Assembly (NCBI GenBank): GCA_964491475.1
Contig: CAZBFO010000001.1
Span: 8,605 to 72,604 of the forward strand
DNA: 64,000 nt
Reading direction: 5' to 3'
DNA from: an uncultured Gammaproteobacteria bacterium
GTDB taxonomy: Bacteria; Patescibacteriota; Patescibacteriia; SG8-24
Shown here: piece by piece, positions 19,612-29,756 of the stretch
Layout: every line of letters starts with the position of its first letter
Numbering within the stretch: position 1 is the stretch's first letter
Position numbers and translations under genes: made by a program
Notes under the pieces: generated by a model
Told to the model about the DNA's origin: nothing
Databases searched by the model: none
Seen by the model: only the letters and a program-made list of their open reading frames with translations

Positions 19612-21087
19612 ATGGATTTGTCACGCGCATCCCTCAAGGAAGTCATGGACGGACTGGCCAAGGGCGCGTTCAGCTCACGCGAAGTGACTGACGCCTGCCT
19701 TGCCGTCGCCGCCAAGAACGCCGGCACCACCCACGCCTACGTCTCGCTGCTCGACGACGCCGCCCGCAAGGCCGCCGACGAGTCCGACGCGCGCCGCTCC
19801 GTCGGCGCCGCCAAGTCGCCGTTCGACGGCGTGCCCGTGGCGGTGAAGGACAACATGCTGCTGGTCGGTTCCAAGACCACCGCCGGATCCGAAATCATCC
19901 GCAACTACGAATCTCCCTATGACGCCACGGTGGTCGCCCGTTTGCGCGCGGCAGGCGCCGTGTTCCTGGGCAAGCTGAACCTTGACGAGTTCGCCATGGG
20001 CGGCTCGACCGAGACCTCCTGCCACGGACTGACGCGCAACCCCTGGGACTTGAGCAAGATCGCCGGCGGCTCTTCCGGCGGCAGCGCCGTGTCCGTGGCC
20101 GAAGGTTCGGCGACGGTCTCGCTCGGCTCCGACACGGGCGGCTCCATCCGCCAGCCGGCGGCCATGTGCGGCGTGGTCGGCCTCAAGCCCACCTACGGCC
20201 GTGTCTCGCGCTACGGGCTGATGGCCATGGCATCGAGCCTCGATCAGATCGGACCGCTTGCCCGCACCGTCGAGGATGCCTCGTTGCTGCTGGGGGCCAT
20301 CGAAGGGCGCGACATGATGGACTCGACCAGCGTCGATCTGAAAGAGGACTGGGCGCTGCCGAAGTCTTTCGACGCGGGTTCATCGCAGCCGCTCAAGGGC
20401 ATGCGCATCGGCATGCCGAACGAGTACTTCGTCTCGGGCATGGATACGGAAGTGAACGCCGCAGTGCGCGGCGCCATCAAGACGTTGGAAGGCCTCGGCG
20501 CGGAGATCAAGGAAGTGTCGTTGCCGCACTCCGAATACGCTCTGGCCGTCTACTACGTGCTGATGCCCTCGGAGGTGAGCGCCAACCTGTCGCGCTACGA
20601 CGGCATCCGCTACGGCGTGCGCAAGGCGGGGGAGACGCTGGAGCAGACCTATCGTCAGTCGCGCGGCCAGGGTTTCGGCAAGGAAGTGCGCCGCCGCATC
20701 ATGCTGGGCACCTACGCGCTCTCCTCTGGCTACTACGACGCCTACTACCTCAAGGCGCTGAAGGTCCGCCGGCTGATCGCTGACGATTTCAGGGCGGCCT
20801 TCAAGGACGTGGACGTCATCGTCACGCCGACGTCGCCCGTGCCGGCCTGGAACATCGGCGAACGCACCGACGATCCGCTGTCGATGTACCTGGCGGACAT
20901 CTACACGGTCGGCGTCAACGTCGCCGGGCTGCCCGGCATCAGCGTGCCCTGCGGATTCGCCAAGGGTTTGCCGGTAGGCCTGCAGCTGATCGGCGATCAT
21001 TTCCGCGAAAAGACGATTCTCTTCGCGGCGCACGCCTACGAGACCGCCGCCGGACTCAAAGACAAGCTGCGACCTCCGCAAGCATAA
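19612..21087 (+). CDS. gatA: Glutamyl-tRNA(Gln) amidotransferase subunit A (amidase signature family)
   Basis: Amidase signature GGSSGGSAVSVAEGSATVSLGSDTGGSIRQPAAMCGVVGLKPTYGRVSRYG with the Ser-cisSer-Lys triad context. Starts 4 nt after gatC. Confidence 0.9.
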   Translation: MDLSRASLKEVMDGLAKGAFSSREVTDACLAVAAKNAGTTHAYVSLLDDAARKAADESDARRSVGAAKSPFDGVPVAVKDNMLLVGSKTTAGSEIIRNYESPYDATVVARLRAAGAVFLGKLNLDEFAMGGSTETSCHGLTRNPWDLSKIAGGSSGGSAVSVAEGSATVSLGSDTGGSIRQPAAMCGVVGLKPTYGRVSRYGLMAMASSLDQIGPLARTVEDASLLLGAIEGRDMMDSTSVDLKEDWALPKSFDAGSSQPLKGMRIGMPNEYFVSGMDTEVNAAVRGAIKTLEGLGAEIKEVSLPHSEYALAVYYVLMPSEVSANLSRYDGIRYGVRKAGETLEQTYRQSRGQGFGKEVRRRIMLGTYALSSGYYDAYYLKALKVRRLIADDFRAAFKDVDVIVTPTSPVPAWNIGERTDDPLSMYLADIYTVGVNVAGLPGISVPCGFAKGLPVGLQLIGDHFREKTILFAAHAYETAAGLKDKLRPPQA

Positions 21088-21098
21088 CCTCTCACCCT

Positions 21099-21557
21099 AT
21101 GGCCAAGATCACGCGCATCATCACCAAGAAGACCTCCGGCAAGAACCCTTCCATATCAAAAGTGAAGCCGGCAAACGAGTCCGGTTCGTCGTACGGCAAG
21201 AAGCCGCGCCATGACGGTTCCGGCACGCGCGCACGCGACGGCAAGAAGCCGGTGCCGCCGATGAGTGCCCGCGACTGCAAGGGCGAGCTGCTGATCGAGG
21301 GGAAGCTCACGCCCGCCGAGAAGGCCGAAATCATGTCGATCGCCCGCAACACCGGCAAGACCGGCCCGCGCGACGCCGACGAACAGGTGCTACGCATCGA
21401 CGACAAGGCCGGCAAGCTCCGCATCTTCACCTCCGGCCACGAGCTGGCCGTGTCCATCGGCAAGCGCGTGCATCATTCGCACAAGGGCGGCAAGCTGACC
21501 ATCGTCTGGGCGTCGGACGAACTGCCGGTCCGCGTGCACTGGACCAGGAAGGCGTAA
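21099..21557 (+). CDS. Hypothetical basic (K-rich) protein
   Basis: ORF with correct strand polarity and tight spacing. No recognisable motif. Confidence 0.4.
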   Translation: MAKITRIITKKTSGKNPSISKVKPANESGSSYGKKPRHDGSGTRARDGKKPVPPMSARDCKGELLIEGKLTPAEKAEIMSIARNTGKTGPRDADEQVLRIDDKAGKLRIFTSGHELAVSIGKRVHHSHKGGKLTIVWASDELPVRVHWTRKA

Positions 21558-21572
21558 TCATTTTTCATCGGT

Positions 21573-22031
21573 ATGCAGGTCACCATCGACATCGGCAGCG
21601 CCTTGCAGACGATCGGCATCGTCGTCTTTGCGCTGCTCGTCGTCGGCACCTGCGTGCTGCTGGTCAACCGCGTGCGCCGGTTTTTCGCCTCGCGCAGCTT
21701 CGACGTGCGCGACCGCAAGGGCATGCAGCGCCGCTGGGCGGAAATCGCCGTCATGCTGGATCAGCCCGGCGAGCTCAACCGCAAGATGGCCGTGCTCGAA
21801 GCCGACAAGCTGCTCGACACCGCGCTCAAGTCGCTGGCCATGAGCGGCGAGACGCTCGGCGAACGCCTCAAGTTCGCGCAATACAAGTATCCGGAGCTGC
21901 GCGACGTCTGGTGGGCGCACAAGGTGCGCAATCAGCTGGCGCACGAGGCCAGCTACCATCTTGATGCCGGTCTGGCCAAGAGCGCGTTGAGGGCCTTTGA
22001 AAAAGCGCTCAAGCGCCTCGGCGCCATCTGA
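21573..22031 (+). CDS. Hypothetical N-terminally membrane-anchored protein
   Basis: A single TM segment ALQTIGIVVFALLVVGTCVLLV followed by a helical soluble domain. No motif recognised. Confidence 0.4.
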   Translation: MQVTIDIGSALQTIGIVVFALLVVGTCVLLVNRVRRFFASRSFDVRDRKGMQRRWAEIAVMLDQPGELNRKMAVLEADKLLDTALKSLAMSGETLGERLKFAQYKYPELRDVWWAHKVRNQLAHEASYHLDAGLAKSALRAFEKALKRLGAI

Positions 22032-22035
22032 TCGC

Positions 22036-22848
22036 ATGATTCCGTATTTCCAAATCACCTTCCTGCCGATCGGTCCCGTGCACATCCAGGTATGGGGCCT
22101 GATGGTGGCGCTCGGCATGGTCGCGGCCATCGCGCTCGGTAGCCGCGAGGCCAAACGACGCGGCCTCGACCCCAACGTGTTTTTCGATTTCGCCTCCTGG
22201 ATCATGGCCTTCGCCCTGATCGGCGGTCGGCTGTTCTTCGCGCTGGCCTACTCGCCCGCGGCGTATCTGGCCCATCCGCTGCGCCTGCTGTACGTCTGGG
22301 AAGGCGGCATGTCCAGCATCGGCGGCTTCATCGGCGCCGGCCTCGGCGCCTGGCTGTTCGTCCGCCGCCGCAAGATTTCCTTCACGCGGTACGGCGACGT
22401 GGCCTGCTACGCGCTGCCTCTGGGCTACGGCGTCGGCCGCATCGGCTGCTTCCTCATCCACGACCATCCGGGCACCTTGTCGCACGGCCTCTTGGCCGTG
22501 CAGTATCCGCGAGGCGCGCGCCTCGATCACGGCCTGCTGCTGTCGCTCACGGGTTTCGCCATCTTCATCGCCTTCTGGTGCATCAACCGTCGCAAGTCCG
22601 GTGCTGCAGCGCTTTCCGCGGACAAGGGTTTCCTGCCGCTGTTCATGCTTTCCTATGGCGTGATCCGTTTCTTTCTGGACTTTTTTCGGGCAGCCGACCT
22701 CTCCGGTTCCGACGTCCGTTACTTTCATCTGACGCCTGCCCAGTACGCCACGGCACTCATGGCGCTGGGCGGCGCCTTCCTGCTCATGAGGCGCATGCGG
22801 GCGCAGCGCCGCAGTGCCGCCGCTTCGGGACAGGCGAGCGTCGCGTAA
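22036..22848 (+). CDS. lgt: Prolipoprotein diacylglyceryl transferase
   Basis: MIPYFQITFLPIGPVHIQVWGLMVALGMV and the GYGVGRIGCFLIHDHPG region match the Lgt signature. The ATG at 22036 lies 5 nt after the previous stop. Confidence 0.8.
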   Translation: MIPYFQITFLPIGPVHIQVWGLMVALGMVAAIALGSREAKRRGLDPNVFFDFASWIMAFALIGGRLFFALAYSPAAYLAHPLRLLYVWEGGMSSIGGFIGAGLGAWLFVRRRKISFTRYGDVACYALPLGYGVGRIGCFLIHDHPGTLSHGLLAVQYPRGARLDHGLLLSLTGFAIFIAFWCINRRKSGAAALSADKGFLPLFMLSYGVIRFFLDFFRAADLSGSDVRYFHLTPAQYATALMALGGAFLLMRRMRAQRRSAAASGQASVA

Positions 22849-22855
22849 GCCACGC

Positions 22856-24400
22856 ATGAGCATGCGCATTCCCTTTTTCGGACAACATGCCAAGCGGGAG
22901 GAGCGCCGTCTTGCCGCCGCGACTTTCGTAATCGGCATCGGCGTCATGGCCGTGGAAATTACCGCATCGCGCCTGCTTGCGCCGTACTTCGGGGCGAGCA
23001 TGTACGTCTGGACCAGCCTGATCGTCACCGTGCTGCTGGCGCTGTCGTTCGGCTACCACCTGGGCGGAAACGCCGCCGCCAAGGGCGTCAACGACGAGGC
23101 TGTCGGTTTTCTGTGCTGCGTGGCCGCTGCGCTGCTGGTGCTCGGCATGGTGGTCATTCCGCATTTTTCCGGCGCCGTTTCCGGATTGCTGGTCGGCGTG
23201 TCCAGCGCAACCGTGGCGCTGTTCGTCGGCTCGTTGATGGTGGCCATGGTGGTGTTCGCCACGCCGGTGTTCCTCATGGCCATGGCCGCGCCGATCATCC
23301 TCAAGGAATGGTCGGCATTGGGCGACGTCGGCGCGGTCTCCGGCCGATACTTTGCGATCTCCACCGCAGGCAGCGTCATCGGCACCGTCGCGCCCACGCT
23401 GGTGCTGGTGCCGCTTTTGGGCGCGCGCAGCACCATGTACGCGGTGGCCGCGATGTTCATGCTGCTGGCGGCATTCCTGCTGCCGCTGCGTCGCAGGCTG
23501 GTGGCGGCGCTGGCCGCCTCGCTGGTGCTGGCGGCGATGGTGATGCCGCACGGAAGCCCCAAGAGCCTGGTGATGGAGCGCGAGTCTCCCTACCAGCTCA
23601 TCCGCGTGGCCCAGACCGGCGACGGCCGGCGTTTGCTGGTCTTCAACGAGGGGTCGGGCATCCAATCGGTCTACGTCCCCGGCGGCGGCAGGACCGATTT
23701 TTATTTTGATTACGCCGGACTCCTGCCGCTGCTTCGGCCGGCGGGAAAACGGACGCACAAGGCGGTGATTGTCGGTTTTGCCGGCGGATCGGTGGCCGCT
23801 CGCTACCGCAGTTTCGCACCGGACCGCGACGTCAGCATCACGGGCGTGGAAGTCGATCCGGCGGTGATCGACACTGCCCGTAAGTACTTCGGCGTGAACG
23901 ACGCCGACGTGCGCCTGGTGAACGAGGACGGCAGGATGTTCTTCGCCAACACGCGCGAGACCTTCGACGTCGAGTTCATCGACGCCTACAGCACGCAGCT
24001 GTACATCCCGCCGCACTTGGCCACTGGCGAGTTCTTCGCCTTGGCGAAGAGCAGGCTGGTCAAGGACGGTGTCTTTTCGATGAATGTCAACGCGCCCAGC
24101 GAGGACTCGCGGCTGCTCAAGGCCATGGCCAACACCGTCGCGAGCCAGTTCCGTCACACCTTGGTAATACCCATCGGGCATAGCTGGAACCACATCATCG
24201 TGGCCAGCGATGCGCCCTTCGACCTGGCCAACGTGGCCTACCACGTCCCGGATCAGTACTCCGACGTCAAGGCTTCGTTGCTCAATTCGTACGAAGTCAC
24301 CTACGACGCGCGTGCCGAAGTCTTCACCGATGACCGCTCGCCCATCGAGTACCTGACCGACGGCATGATCCTGCAGCAGGCCTGGCAGAAGAGCTACTAG
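22856..24400 (+). CDS. Membrane-fused spermidine synthase-like (polyamine aminopropyltransferase) protein
   Basis: About 7 N-terminal TM helices. The C-terminal domain has a SpeE-like fold (VIVGFAGGS, FDVEFIDAYSTQLYIPPHLATGEFF, DGVFSMN). Confidence 0.7.
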   Translation: MSMRIPFFGQHAKREERRLAAATFVIGIGVMAVEITASRLLAPYFGASMYVWTSLIVTVLLALSFGYHLGGNAAAKGVNDEAVGFLCCVAAALLVLGMVVIPHFSGAVSGLLVGVSSATVALFVGSLMVAMVVFATPVFLMAMAAPIILKEWSALGDVGAVSGRYFAISTAGSVIGTVAPTLVLVPLLGARSTMYAVAAMFMLLAAFLLPLRRRLVAALAASLVLAAMVMPHGSPKSLVMERESPYQLIRVAQTGDGRRLLVFNEGSGIQSVYVPGGGRTDFYFDYAGLLPLLRPAGKRTHKAVIVGFAGGSVAARYRSFAPDRDVSITGVEVDPAVIDTARKYFGVNDADVRLVNEDGRMFFANTRETFDVEFIDAYSTQLYIPPHLATGEFFALAKSRLVKDGVFSMNVNAPSEDSRLLKAMANTVASQFRHTLVIPIGHSWNHIIVASDAPFDLANVAYHVPDQYSDVKASLLNSYEVTYDARAEVFTDDRSPIEYLTDGMILQQAWQKSY

Positions 24401-24450
24401 GGTTGACCTTCGGACGAAAAAATGCGGAAATGGACCGGACACGAAACGCT

Positions 24451-25593
<1,143 letters not shown>

Positions 25594-25609
25594 CCGGAAC
25601 GGCCGCAGT

Positions 25610-26650
25610 ATGGACTTCGAAGCCTTGCTCAAGCAATACGACTACCAGTTTCCGGAGAGCGCCGTCGCGCTCGCCCCGGCCGTGCCGCGCGATTCCGCAC
25701 GGCTTTTGGTTTTGCGTCCGGACGGGAGCGAGGGCGACGACGTGTTTCGCAACCTTGCAAGGCAGCTGCCGCCGAAGTCGGTGCTGGTGATGAACGAGAC
25801 CAAGGTGATTCCCGCGCGGGTGGAAGCCGCCAAGGCCAGCGGCGGCAAGGTGCGCGTGCTGTTCGTGCGCGAGGCGGGCGCAAAACGCTTTTACGCGCTG
25901 GCCGATCGGATGCTCGATGAGGGTTCGACGCTCGCGGTCGCCCCGCGCGTCACGTTCAAGGTGATTCGCCGCGAAGGCGCCGAGTGGCTGATGACAGCGC
26001 ACGGCGCAGCTTCACCGATCGCGGCGTTCAAGAAGTTCGGCCGCACGCCGATACCGCCGTACTTGAAGGCGACTCCGCTCAAGGAGCGAAGTCTGCGCAA
26101 AAAATATCAGACGGTGTTTGCCAGGCATGAAGGGTCGGTGGCCGCGCCGACGGCCTCTTTGCATTTCACGCCCGCGCTGCTGAAAAAAATCCGCGCTGCC
26201 GGTCACACGATAGTCAAAGTCACGCTGCATGTCGGGCTGGGCACCTTCGCGCCGCTGACGTCGCGGCACGTTGCCGAGGGCAAACTGCACGAGGAACGTT
26301 TCGAGATTTCCGCGGCGACTGCCAAGGCGCTCACCGGTGCCAAGAAACAGGGCAGACCGATCATTGCCGTCGGCACCACCGCCTGCCGTGCCGTCGAATC
26401 CGCCGCAAATGCCAGGGCGGCGATCACGAAACGCTCGGGCAAGACGCGTCTGTTCGTCACGCCGGGTTATCATTTCAAAATCATCGACGGTCTCATTACT
26501 AATTTTCATGTCCCCAAGTCCAGCCTGCTGATGCTGGTCTCCGCGTTCGTGGGACGTGAGCGTCTGCTCGCGGCTTATCGCCGCGCCATCGCCCGCGGCT
26601 ACCGCATTTTCTCCTTCGGCGACGGCATGCTCATTTTGCCCAAAAAATAA
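25610..26650 (+). CDS. queA: S-adenosylmethionine:tRNA ribosyltransferase-isomerase
   Basis: LKQYDYQFPESAVALAP...RDSARLLVL N-terminus. VGTTACRAVESAA. Typical C-terminus ...FSFGDGMLI. Confidence 0.88.
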   Translation: MDFEALLKQYDYQFPESAVALAPAVPRDSARLLVLRPDGSEGDDVFRNLARQLPPKSVLVMNETKVIPARVEAAKASGGKVRVLFVREAGAKRFYALADRMLDEGSTLAVAPRVTFKVIRREGAEWLMTAHGAASPIAAFKKFGRTPIPPYLKATPLKERSLRKKYQTVFARHEGSVAAPTASLHFTPALLKKIRAAGHTIVKVTLHVGLGTFAPLTSRHVAEGKLHEERFEISAATAKALTGAKKQGRPIIAVGTTACRAVESAANARAAITKRSGKTRLFVTPGYHFKIIDGLITNFHVPKSSLLMLVSAFVGRERLLAAYRRAIARGYRIFSFGDGMLILPKK

Positions 26651-26765
26651 GGCCAATTTCGACCATTCAGAAGGCGGGGATATCTCTGGGGCTGACTGCT
26701 TGTCGGTATCTCGACGGTCGGGTAAGGTCGAAAAAGTCGTAAGTTCTTTGCAAAAGGAGAAACCC

Positions 26766-27275
26766 ATGCAAGGCAAAAGCCTGTTCCTGCGCTGGACGCT
26801 GTTCATGTGTCTGGTGGTCATCGCCGCGTTCATCGGCCTCGCCCTCGGCGGGGGCGATCACCTCGCGAGCGACCCCACGCACATCACGTACCTGACGCTG
26901 ACGGTCTTCGCGCTCGCATCCCTGTGGTGCGGCCGCTGCGCGTGGAAGCTCTCCAACGGCAGCGATCCGACGGCGGTCGAGGAAGACCTGGCCCACGGCT
27001 GGTTCGCCTCGAGCCTGTGCGTCACCATCGGCCTGATCGGCACGGCCGTCGGTTACTACATCATGCTCAAGAACGGCAACGCCAGCGGCGACCCCAGCGA
27101 GGTCATCCGCAGGGCTTTCGCCAACACCAGCATCGCCATCGTCAACACCATCTTCGGTGCGGTCGGCGGCGCGCTGGTGGAGCTGCAGAGCCATTTCGTC
27201 GGCACGGCCGTCGCCAAGGCCAAGCGCCTGGCGGCCAAAGACGCCGAAGACGCCGAAGAAGGCGAGAAGTCATGA
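26766..27275 (+). CDS. Minimal MotA/TolQ/ExbB-family proton-channel-like membrane protein
   Basis: ATG at 26766 is preceded by AAGGAG. Four predicted TM segments. TM3 GLIGTAVGYYIM resembles the GLLGTVxG signature of ExbB/TolQ. Only about 169 aa. Confidence 0.5.
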   Translation: MQGKSLFLRWTLFMCLVVIAAFIGLALGGGDHLASDPTHITYLTLTVFALASLWCGRCAWKLSNGSDPTAVEEDLAHGWFASSLCVTIGLIGTAVGYYIMLKNGNASGDPSEVIRRAFANTSIAIVNTIFGAVGGALVELQSHFVGTAVAKAKRLAAKDAEDAEEGEKS

Positions 27276-27880
27276 AGCAGCGCCCGCAGCTCTTCGGCAA
27301 GACCCTGTTCGTGGACCTGATGATGAGCACGCTCGTGGTCATCACGGCCCTCCTGATGGCTTCCAACGCCGTCGAGAAGAACAAGAAGCAGGTCGAAGAG
27401 GCCGGTCTCGCCACCGAAGGGAAGTTCGCCGTCATCATGGACTGGCCGAACGACTCCGAGGACGACGTCGACCTCTACGTGCGCGACCCCAACGGCAACA
27501 TCGCCTTCTTCCAGGGGCGCGACACCGGACTGATGCACCTCGAGCACGACGACCGCGGCGTTCGCGGCGACAAGGTCACGGCCAACGGCAACACCGTCGC
27601 CGTCGACAAGAACGAGGAGCGGACCATCATTCGCGGCATCATCCCCGGCGAGTACACCGTGAACGTGCACATGTTCAGCAAGCACGGACGCGGCGACGTG
27701 CCGGTGACGGTGCGTCTGGTGCGGCTCAAGGGCATGGACGCCGACGTGATTAACCGCGTGCGCGTGCTGTCCCGCAATGGGCAGCAGGCGACCGCCTTCC
27801 GCTTCACGCTGGCCGAAGACGGGTCCGTTTCGGACATCAACGAACTGCCTGCGTCTCTCGTGGGCGAAGGAGGTCGGTAG
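27272..27880 (+). CDS. ExbD/TolR-like single-TM protein with unrelated C-terminal domain
   Basis: The start overlaps the previous stop (ATGA). The N-terminus KTLFVDLMMSTLVVITALLM resembles the ExbD/TolR TM, including a TM Asp. The C-terminal roughly 160 aa have no recognised motif. Confidence 0.4.
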   Translation: MKQRPQLFGKTLFVDLMMSTLVVITALLMASNAVEKNKKQVEEAGLATEGKFAVIMDWPNDSEDDVDLYVRDPNGNIAFFQGRDTGLMHLEHDDRGVRGDKVTANGNTVAVDKNEERTIIRGIIPGEYTVNVHMFSKHGRGDVPVTVRLVRLKGMDADVINRVRVLSRNGQQATAFRFTLAEDGSVSDINELPASLVGEGGR

Positions 27881-27882
27881 CC

Positions 27883-28497
27883 ATGGAAGACAGGACTCTG
27901 GCGATCCCCGTCGCCTTCATCCTGCTCGCCGCTCTGCTCTGCTGGATGCTCATCGGCGCCAAGGGAAAGTGGTGGCTCAAGCTGCTCACCATCCTGATCG
28001 TGCCGAGCTTCGGCCTGGCCGTCTGGGCGTCGATTTCCAGCTACAAGGGCTGGCCCACGACCGACGAGCCGCCGGAAAAGGCGCTGCTGGTCTGGGGCGT
28101 CGTGCACGAGCCGGACCCCCGCACCGGAAATCCCGGCGTCATCTACCTGTGGCTCACGCCGATCAGGGAAGACAGCGGCGGCACGCTCAATCCTCTCGGG
28201 TACGAGTCGAGAAACGGCGAACCGCGCGCGTATCGGCTGCCGTATTCGCGGCAGCTGCATGACGCCTTGACCGGCGCACAGGCCGCTGCCAAGGAAGGCC
28301 GTCCGATGATGTTCGGCAAGGGCAAAAGGGGCCGTCGCTCCGACGGCTCGCGGCGCGAGGAGGACGGCGAACCCGTCGAGGGCGAAGGCGACGCTCGGCC
28401 CGGAGGGGTCGGCGGAGCCCGCGGCGACGGAGAGCGAGAGCAATATCAGTTCTACGATCTTCCGCCGGCTGCCCCGTTCAAGCCGAGCGAACAGTAG
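27883..28497 (+). CDS. Hypothetical 2-TM membrane protein with Gly/Arg/Glu-rich C-terminal tail
   Basis: Starts 3 nt after the previous stop. Two N-terminal TM segments. The C-terminus is charged low-complexity. Confidence 0.45.
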   Translation: MEDRTLAIPVAFILLAALLCWMLIGAKGKWWLKLLTILIVPSFGLAVWASISSYKGWPTTDEPPEKALLVWGVVHEPDPRTGNPGVIYLWLTPIREDSGGTLNPLGYESRNGEPRAYRLPYSRQLHDALTGAQAAAKEGRPMMFGKGKRGRRSDGSRREEDGEPVEGEGDARPGGVGGARGDGEREQYQFYDLPPAAPFKPSEQ

Positions 28498-28503
28498 ACC
28501 CGA

Positions 28504-28532
28504 CCCGTCTCATGATGAGGCGGGTTTTTCAT
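28504..28532 (+). terminator. Rho-independent terminator
   Basis: CCCGTCTCATGATGAGGCGGG + TTTTTCATT. Confidence 0.5.
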
Positions 28533-28601
28533 TGGCTTGCCGTGTTGACGCGAGGCGCATTCGGTGTTACGGTGGCGTTCGGTTTCTGCAAGGAGAACAG
28601 G

Positions 28602-29267
28602 ATGACACCCGAAGAGTTCAAACGTGTCGGCTGGCACGTCGAGGATCGCGTCGTCGGCCCGCTGAAGGCCCGACTGCAGCAGTTCAAGGAGCAGTTTGAG
28701 GGCACCCAACGGGTGCTCAGGCAGCACGAGCGATTCATGGAGTGGCATGCGTTCCTCTCCAACGGCATCACGCCGACCGGTTTTCTCGGTGCCTACGAAA
28801 CCTGCGGCCTGTTCGTCCGCAAGTGCCGATCGGAGCCTGCACGGCACGCCGGTGACAAGGCCAAGCTGGTCGAAGTCGACCTGGTCATCGTGCCCGAGGT
28901 GCTGGTCGGGCACCGATTGCGGGTGACCGTGCCGCATCCCGAAAAGCCGAACGTCGTCACCAACACCTCGAAGCATGTGGACGTCCCCGGAATCGTGGAG
29001 CGCATGCTGGAACATTCCGGTCATGCCCAAAACGTGGCTGTCGGCAGTTTCGCGGAGGTCATGTCCGTGACCTGCACGTCGTGCGACGGGCCGGCGATCG
29101 TCGCCGCCCTTGACGAATACCTGGACGAGAGCACTGGTTCCGAGTTCACGGTAGGTCTGCTCTGCGAGGCATGCGCCACGGTGAACGAGGTCGCTTCGTT
29201 CTCCGAGGCAGCAGCGGAAAATGACCAGTATGGCCTCACCCGCGGCATCTACAGGAGGAAACCATGA
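28602..29267 (+). CDS. Hypothetical protein with C-terminal CxxC...CxxC Zn-ribbon
   Basis: ATG at 28602 follows a strong RBS AAGGAGAACAGG. Contains VTCTSCDG...LCEACATV. No other motif. Confidence 0.5.
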   Translation: MTPEEFKRVGWHVEDRVVGPLKARLQQFKEQFEGTQRVLRQHERFMEWHAFLSNGITPTGFLGAYETCGLFVRKCRSEPARHAGDKAKLVEVDLVIVPEVLVGHRLRVTVPHPEKPNVVTNTSKHVDVPGIVERMLEHSGHAQNVAVGSFAEVMSVTCTSCDGPAIVAALDEYLDESTGSEFTVGLLCEACATVNEVASFSEAAAENDQYGLTRGIYRRKP

Positions 29268-29665
29268 CGGAGGAAGTAGAGAAGCAGCTCGTTCGCGACG
29301 CAATCGTCTCGACCGCAGGAGGCTACGCGTCGCGGGCCCGTTCGCAGGGCCGCGCGGCCAAAAAGAATCGCGTGCCGACCAAGATTTCCCTCGCGGAGTT
29401 TCACCGGGCCTTGAAGTCGCGGCTCGACGGCCTCGCCGGACATTTTGCGAAGGACGACGATGGCCGCGATGTCGGGTTCGACGAGTCGGATGCGGATTTT
29501 TCCGAGACCGTTGAGGCCGTCAATGTGGCGACCCCTTCAGTCGAGGAGCTGCGCGACGAATGGTTGCCCGAGGTGCTCGGCGATTGGCCGGGCTTCGTCA
29601 TTACCGGCGACTACGTCGGATTCGACGTCGAGGTGCCGCCGCCGCGAAAGGCGCACTCGAGATGA
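29264..29665 (+). CDS. Hypothetical acidic protein
   Basis: The start overlaps the previous stop (ATGA). No motif. Confidence 0.4.
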   Translation: MTEEVEKQLVRDAIVSTAGGYASRARSQGRAAKKNRVPTKISLAEFHRALKSRLDGLAGHFAKDDDGRDVGFDESDADFSETVEAVNVATPSVEELRDEWLPEVLGDWPGFVITGDYVGFDVEVPPPRKAHSR

Positions 29666-29675
29666 CCTTACGACC

Positions 29676-29740
29676 GATCCCGTTACGGGGTCGGTTTTTC
29701 TTTTGCAAAGAAAACCCCTCCGTGGGGGAGGGGTTTCCAG
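29676..29740. terminator. Bidirectional pair of rho-independent terminators
   Basis: CCGATCCCGTTACGGGGTCGG+TTTTTCTTTT serves the + strand. AAAGAAAA+CCCCTCCGTGGGGGAGGGG serves the minus-strand subtilisin. Confidence 0.6.
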
Positions 29741-29756
29741 GGCGTCGTTGCCGAGA

